DNA of 63,286 nucleotides from Candidatus Bipolaricaulis sp. (GTDB taxonomy: Bacteria; Bipolaricaulota; Bipolaricaulia; UBA7950; UBA9294), in the NCBI GenBank assembly GCA_028713635.1, contig JAQTNX010000002.1, forward strand, positions 1-63,286. Reading direction: 5' to 3'. Positions 60,425 to 63,286 of this stretch are shown piece after piece (within the stretch, counting starts at the first letter, position 1; each line of letters starts with the position of its first letter). The notes below the pieces were generated by a model. The model did not search any database. It was given only the letters and a program-made list of their open reading frames with translations, and was not told the origin of the DNA. A program made the position numbers and the translations under genes.

Positions 60425-60725
60425 CACAGCACTCGAGGCCAAGGTTTTCGACCTCATCGGGTACATGACGTCGAGCGCGCGGAACCTCATCGACGAGACC
60501 CCCGCCTACGGCCCGTTCCGCCTCGTCGACGCGGCCAGCCAGCTGGTCGCAATCCTCGAAGAAGCGGGTGTTCAGAGCCCTCGCTTGACCGCGCTTCGTC
60601 AGGAGATCGACAAGGGCAAGTACTCCGTCACCGTCGGCCCCGACGAGTTCAAAGCATTCCTCGACGCGCTCGTCGACACCTTCGTCGACTACCTCGATCC
60701 CGGGGAGCCGTGCTGCGGCCCCTAG
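60417..60725 (+). CDS. Small helical hypothetical protein (DUF6092-like)
   Basis: FDLIGYMTSSARNLIDE...YGPFRLVDAAS. GTG start with GGAGG RBS, overlapping the nitroreductase stop. Family assignment is from recall only. Confidence 0.65.
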   Translation: MDSTALEAKVFDLIGYMTSSARNLIDETPAYGPFRLVDAASQLVAILEEAGVQSPRLTALRQEIDKGKYSVTVGPDEFKAFLDALVDTFVDYLDPGEPCCGP

Positions 60726-60743
60726 CCGCCGAGGAAGTCGAAC

Positions 60744-60986
60744 TCACCGAACCTGCCTCGGCTTCGAATCGACGATCTCGAACAGCTCTTCGAACCCCTT
60801 CCCAACCGCGGCGGAGATCTTGTGCGCCGTCGTCACGCTCGTTCCGGCGCCGTTCTCGATCGAAGAGAGCATCGGCCGAGAAACGCCGACCGCGTCGGCG
60901 CAATCCGCCGACGTCAGCCCGGCGACGATGCGCGCTCGTCGGACAGCGTCCCCCTTCGACACGATGCGGTAGTACTTCTTCGGCAT
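60744..60986 (-). CDS. XRE-family helix-turn-helix regulator (80 aa)
   Basis: VRRARIVAGLTSADCADAVGVSRPMLSSIENG...KISAAVG...EELF. Confidence 0.85.
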   Translation of the reverse strand: MPKKYYRIVSKGDAVRRARIVAGLTSADCADAVGVSRPMLSSIENGAGTSVTTAHKISAAVGKGFEELFEIVDSKPRQVR

Positions 60987-61092
60987 GGTTCCGAGTGTCA
61001 CTATACAAAGAGCGACATACGTCGGCGAAGACAGGCAAGCGCTTGCAAAGGGACATCTAGGGGCGATACAGATCACCTAGAACATCCAAAAC

Positions 61093-61121
61093 TTGACATC
61101 TGCTTACCAACGTGCTAGATT
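61093..61121 (+). promoter_or_regulatory. Strong sigma70-type promoter divergent from the XRE gene
   Basis: TTGACA, 17-nt spacer, TAGATT preceded by TG (extended -10). Confidence 0.75.
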
Positions 61122-61127
61122 GGCCCG

Positions 61128-61240
61128 GATTCCACCGGCGCCCCGGGACAAGCGATCTGACGACGGATCGGGCCCAAGCGGGTGGTATGAGTTGTCTCTA
61201 GGGATTGGTCAAGACTCAGGCCGCGAACCGGGGCGCCCGT
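61128..61240 (+). ncRNA. Candidate structured RNA directly downstream of the promoter
   Basis: 10-bp closing helix (61137-61146 with 61228-61237) enclosing GGGACAA/TTGTCTC and CGATCTG/CGGATCG helices. No convincing ORF. Confidence 0.4.
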
Positions 61241-61274
61241 GCTCTTCCTTGGGTTCAATCTGCGGTCATTCGTG

Positions 61275-61386
61275 AAGTTCATTGGGCTCGTGGAGTTCAT
61301 TGAGTTAGGGTGCGGGTCCAAAGACTGCAAGCCATGCGTACTCCACAGCCGCACGTGTCCTGAAGCCCAACGAACCCAACGAACTT
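61275..61386. repeat. Inverted 9-nt-periodic repeats (GTTCATTGG versus CCCAACGAA) around a short core
   Basis: The left arm AAGTTCATTGGGCTCG...GAGTTCATTGAG matches the reverse complement of GAAGCCCAACGAACCCAACGAACTT at 15 of the first 18 positions. Confidence 0.65.
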
Positions 61387-61469
61387 GTCACGTACGCCGA
61401 GCGACCGGCCGCGATACAATCCACAAGCTGCATGCCACAAGCTACGGGCTGTATCTGAAGGAGCCGACC

Positions 61470-61799
61470 ATGCTGAACCGAAGTATCGCGATTGTGACAG
61501 CGAAGAAGCCGTACCACGACTGGCTGAAGTCTCTTCCCGAGCCGGCGGAGCTGACTCTGGCCGAGCTGAACGAGGACGGGATCGCCTACCTCCTCCCGGA
61601 GCTCGCCGACGATCAGGGACCGGACGACCTCGTCGCCCTCTGCTTCGACATCCTCTTCGAAGAGGAGCTTGCCGCCTGGACGACCGACGAGGCGCAGTGG
61701 CCGAAGGTTCGCGACCTCGCGACGTTTCAGACCTGGTTCGACGTCACGTTTCGTTCCATCGTCCTCGACATCGTCGACGAGAAGCTGAAGGACGAATAG
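61470..61799 (+). CDS. Conserved acidic hypothetical protein (109 aa)
   Basis: AAGGAG RBS. NRSIAIV.AKKPYHDWL...FEEEL.AW.TD...WP..R....F..WF pattern of a widespread uncharacterised family. Confidence 0.8.
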   Translation: MLNRSIAIVTAKKPYHDWLKSLPEPAELTLAELNEDGIAYLLPELADDQGPDDLVALCFDILFEEELAAWTTDEAQWPKVRDLATFQTWFDVTFRSIVLDIVDEKLKDE

Positions 61800-61836
61800 C
61801 CCCGGCCCCGAGGGGAGCGGTGGAGGGATCGTCGGA

Positions 61837-62415
61837 ATGAGGAAGCGAATCCTCGAGCGCTACTCGCGCACGAACGACGGCGAAGTGATCATCGACATCG
61901 CCGCAGCGCGGATCGCCGACCTGTACGACGACTTCGACAAGCACGCACCATACCTTAAGAAGGAACTGGACCAAGGCCTTGTCGAGTACATCATCGATTC
62001 CGTGCGCGAGATCGGTAACGAGCCGTTTCTCGTTCAGGTCAGCCTTGCTGCGCCGGTGGACGAACCCGCCGTGTGCCGCGTGCAGACGAGCCTTCACAAC
62101 TACTTCCTCTACCTGAAGGAACTCGAAGTCCGCGAGCTGCGCCGCCTGATGCGCACCTCGCTCGTCCTGCTCGTAGTCGGTGCGGCGATTCTCACGGCAT
62201 CCGTGTGGGTCAACGCCCGGCCCTCCGTGAGCGACGTCGTCCTCGGCAAGGTGATCGCCGAAGGATTGACGATCGCAGCGTGGGTCGCGCTGTGGGAGGC
62301 GCTCGCCATGTTCCTCGTGAACTGGACTCCGCACCGCCGCCTGGTTCGCATGTACGACCGTATCGCCAGGGCCGACGTGCGGTTCCTCGAAGTGCCGCAT
62401 GAGAGTGAGGCGTGA
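61837..62415 (+). CDS. Hypothetical protein with two C-terminal TM helices
   Basis: Coding-like codon bias; ..ELDQGLVEYI..HNYF..EGLTIAAWVALWEAL. Confidence 0.75.
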   Translation: MRKRILERYSRTNDGEVIIDIAAARIADLYDDFDKHAPYLKKELDQGLVEYIIDSVREIGNEPFLVQVSLAAPVDEPAVCRVQTSLHNYFLYLKELEVRELRRLMRTSLVLLVVGAAILTASVWVNARPSVSDVVLGKVIAEGLTIAAWVALWEALAMFLVNWTPHRRLVRMYDRIARADVRFLEVPHESEA

Positions 62416-62420
62416 CAGGG

Positions 62421-62483
62421 GCTACTCGGCGATCGCCGCTGCCGAGTAGCTGAGGAGAAGCCAGATGCGCGCGTTGGCTTCTC
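62421..62483 (+). terminator. Two tandem hairpins after the last intact gene
   Basis: GCTACTCGGC/GCCGAGTAGC (62421-62450) and GAGAAGCCA/TGGCTTCTC (62455-62483). No U-tract. Confidence 0.45.
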
Positions 62484-62510
62484 CGGGTCCGGTGTCCGTG
62501 GCCCGGCAGG

Positions 62511-62711
62511 ACATGGAAAACAGCGGAGCTCGCCGGCCCCGGGCGGATCGGCCACGAAGGCGGCTTCCCCGGCGTCGAAGCGTTCGGCGCCTACCACCCC
62601 TCGGGGCACACGCTCGTTGCTCTATCCAACTACTATGACTCCACGCTTCGGCTGATGGAGGCGTTCTCGAAGGAGTTCCAGGAGCAGTACGGCAGCGCAG
62701 AGAGGCAGTGA
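62511..62711 (+). pseudogene. 3' remnant of a beta-lactamase-family serine hydrolase
   Basis: Reads ...GRIGHEGGFPGVEAFGAYHPSGHTLVALSNYYDSTLRLMEAFSKEFQEQYG* (TGA 62709-62711), the typical GHxGGxPG...V.LSN C-terminus. No start codon and no N-terminal part. Confidence 0.65.
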
Positions 62712-63214
62712 GAAGTGGAGCTTTGGGCATAGATCGCCGAGACAAGCACCGATAGTCGGGAATCCGCGACCTCAAGGCCTTCGGTGCCGGGTTCGACGTG
62801 GCTCCTGCTTGATCGTTCCCGGCTTCGTCAGCGGGAAGCTGAGAGACGAACAGACGAGGGTGATCGAGGGGGCGCTCCCGGCGTTGAGCGGTTCCGTCCA
62901 AGCGCATGCACCTACAACCCCACGACCGACCGCGGTCGCCCTTCTCTCAGACTACCACGATGCGGCGCCTGATAGAGGCTATGCCTCGAAGTTGGCCACG
63001 GCTGGCCCACGCGGTGAGAAAGGAGCCTGGCGAGAACAGGCCGACTTCGAGTCGCAACAGCCCTCAAGCCGAGTAGAAAGCTGAAGACTGGGTCCAAGAC
63101 TCCCGGCTGTCGCTAGAGCTGCGCTTCGGGCAAGCGTTCTCGCTCAGTAGGGACGCTTCGGCCACGTCCCGTCAAGTGGTGTAGAAGTGGGTGTACGCTG
63201 AGGTGCAGTTCACG

Positions 63215-63286
63215 TCAGAGGACGAACACCTCCTCTCCTGCGACCAAGGCCAGTGAAGCGTCGACCGCCTCGGCCTTGCGGTAGAG
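63215..63286 (-). CDS. Possible 3' end of a gene entering from beyond the window
   Basis: LYRKAEAVDASLALVAGEEVFVL* with strong G/C third-position bias; too short to assign. Confidence 0.35.
   Translation of the reverse strand, partial: LYRKAEAVDASLALVAGEEVFVL

Noticed and set aside
61800-62500. Integron cassette array
   Set aside because: The hairpins lack RYYYAAC/GTTRRRY attC ends, and no integron integrase is present.
62780-62810. tRNA fragment (GGGTTCGAC at 62789-62797)
   Set aside because: No T-stem complement, cloverleaf or CCA end.
62809-63097. Small ORFs 62809-63084 (+) and 62912-63097 (-)
   Set aside because: Weak starts, no RBS, no coding-like codon bias and no recognisable motif.

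Overview
GC-rich, gene-dense bacterial chromosome segment. A candidate Bipolaricaulota/Acetothermia-like lineage is suggested by the IleRS2, the PKD-rich secreted proteins and Firmicutes-like synteny combined with an LptD-like gene; this is inference only. Left to right: a HAD 3' end and upp; a purine operon (purM, PurS-fused purL, purQ, purH, a purC-purE class II fusion, purD, purN, purF); a PKD-TlpA lipoprotein; ileS-purA; an rplM with no rpsI after it; a lipoprotein plus three secreted PKD proteins sharing a cohesin-like beta-domain, two of which also carry an unusual ~75-aa helical module; a convergent aspS-DUF4129-MoxR-DUF58 operon; HD nuclease, beta-helix protein and rhomboid; an M42-deaminase-MoaD operon; a 22-nt minisatellite; thioesterase and nitrilase; a 1079-aa LptF/G-LptD fusion with an internal signal-peptide-like segment; miaB-dinG; GT2-rpiB-rho-M23-murA-hflX; PSP1-holB-mobB-aor; an acyl-CoA synthetase-M20-nitroreductase unit with heptamer inverted repeats; and a more AT-rich accessory end with an XRE gene, a candidate structured RNA and gene remnants. 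The strongest candidates for undescribed biology are the single-chain Lpt fusion, the modular surface-protein cluster, the PAICS-like fusion and two candidate structured RNAs. No rRNA, tRNA, CRISPR array or intact transposase was seen. Start codons were re-picked by eye from RBS and stop/start overlaps.
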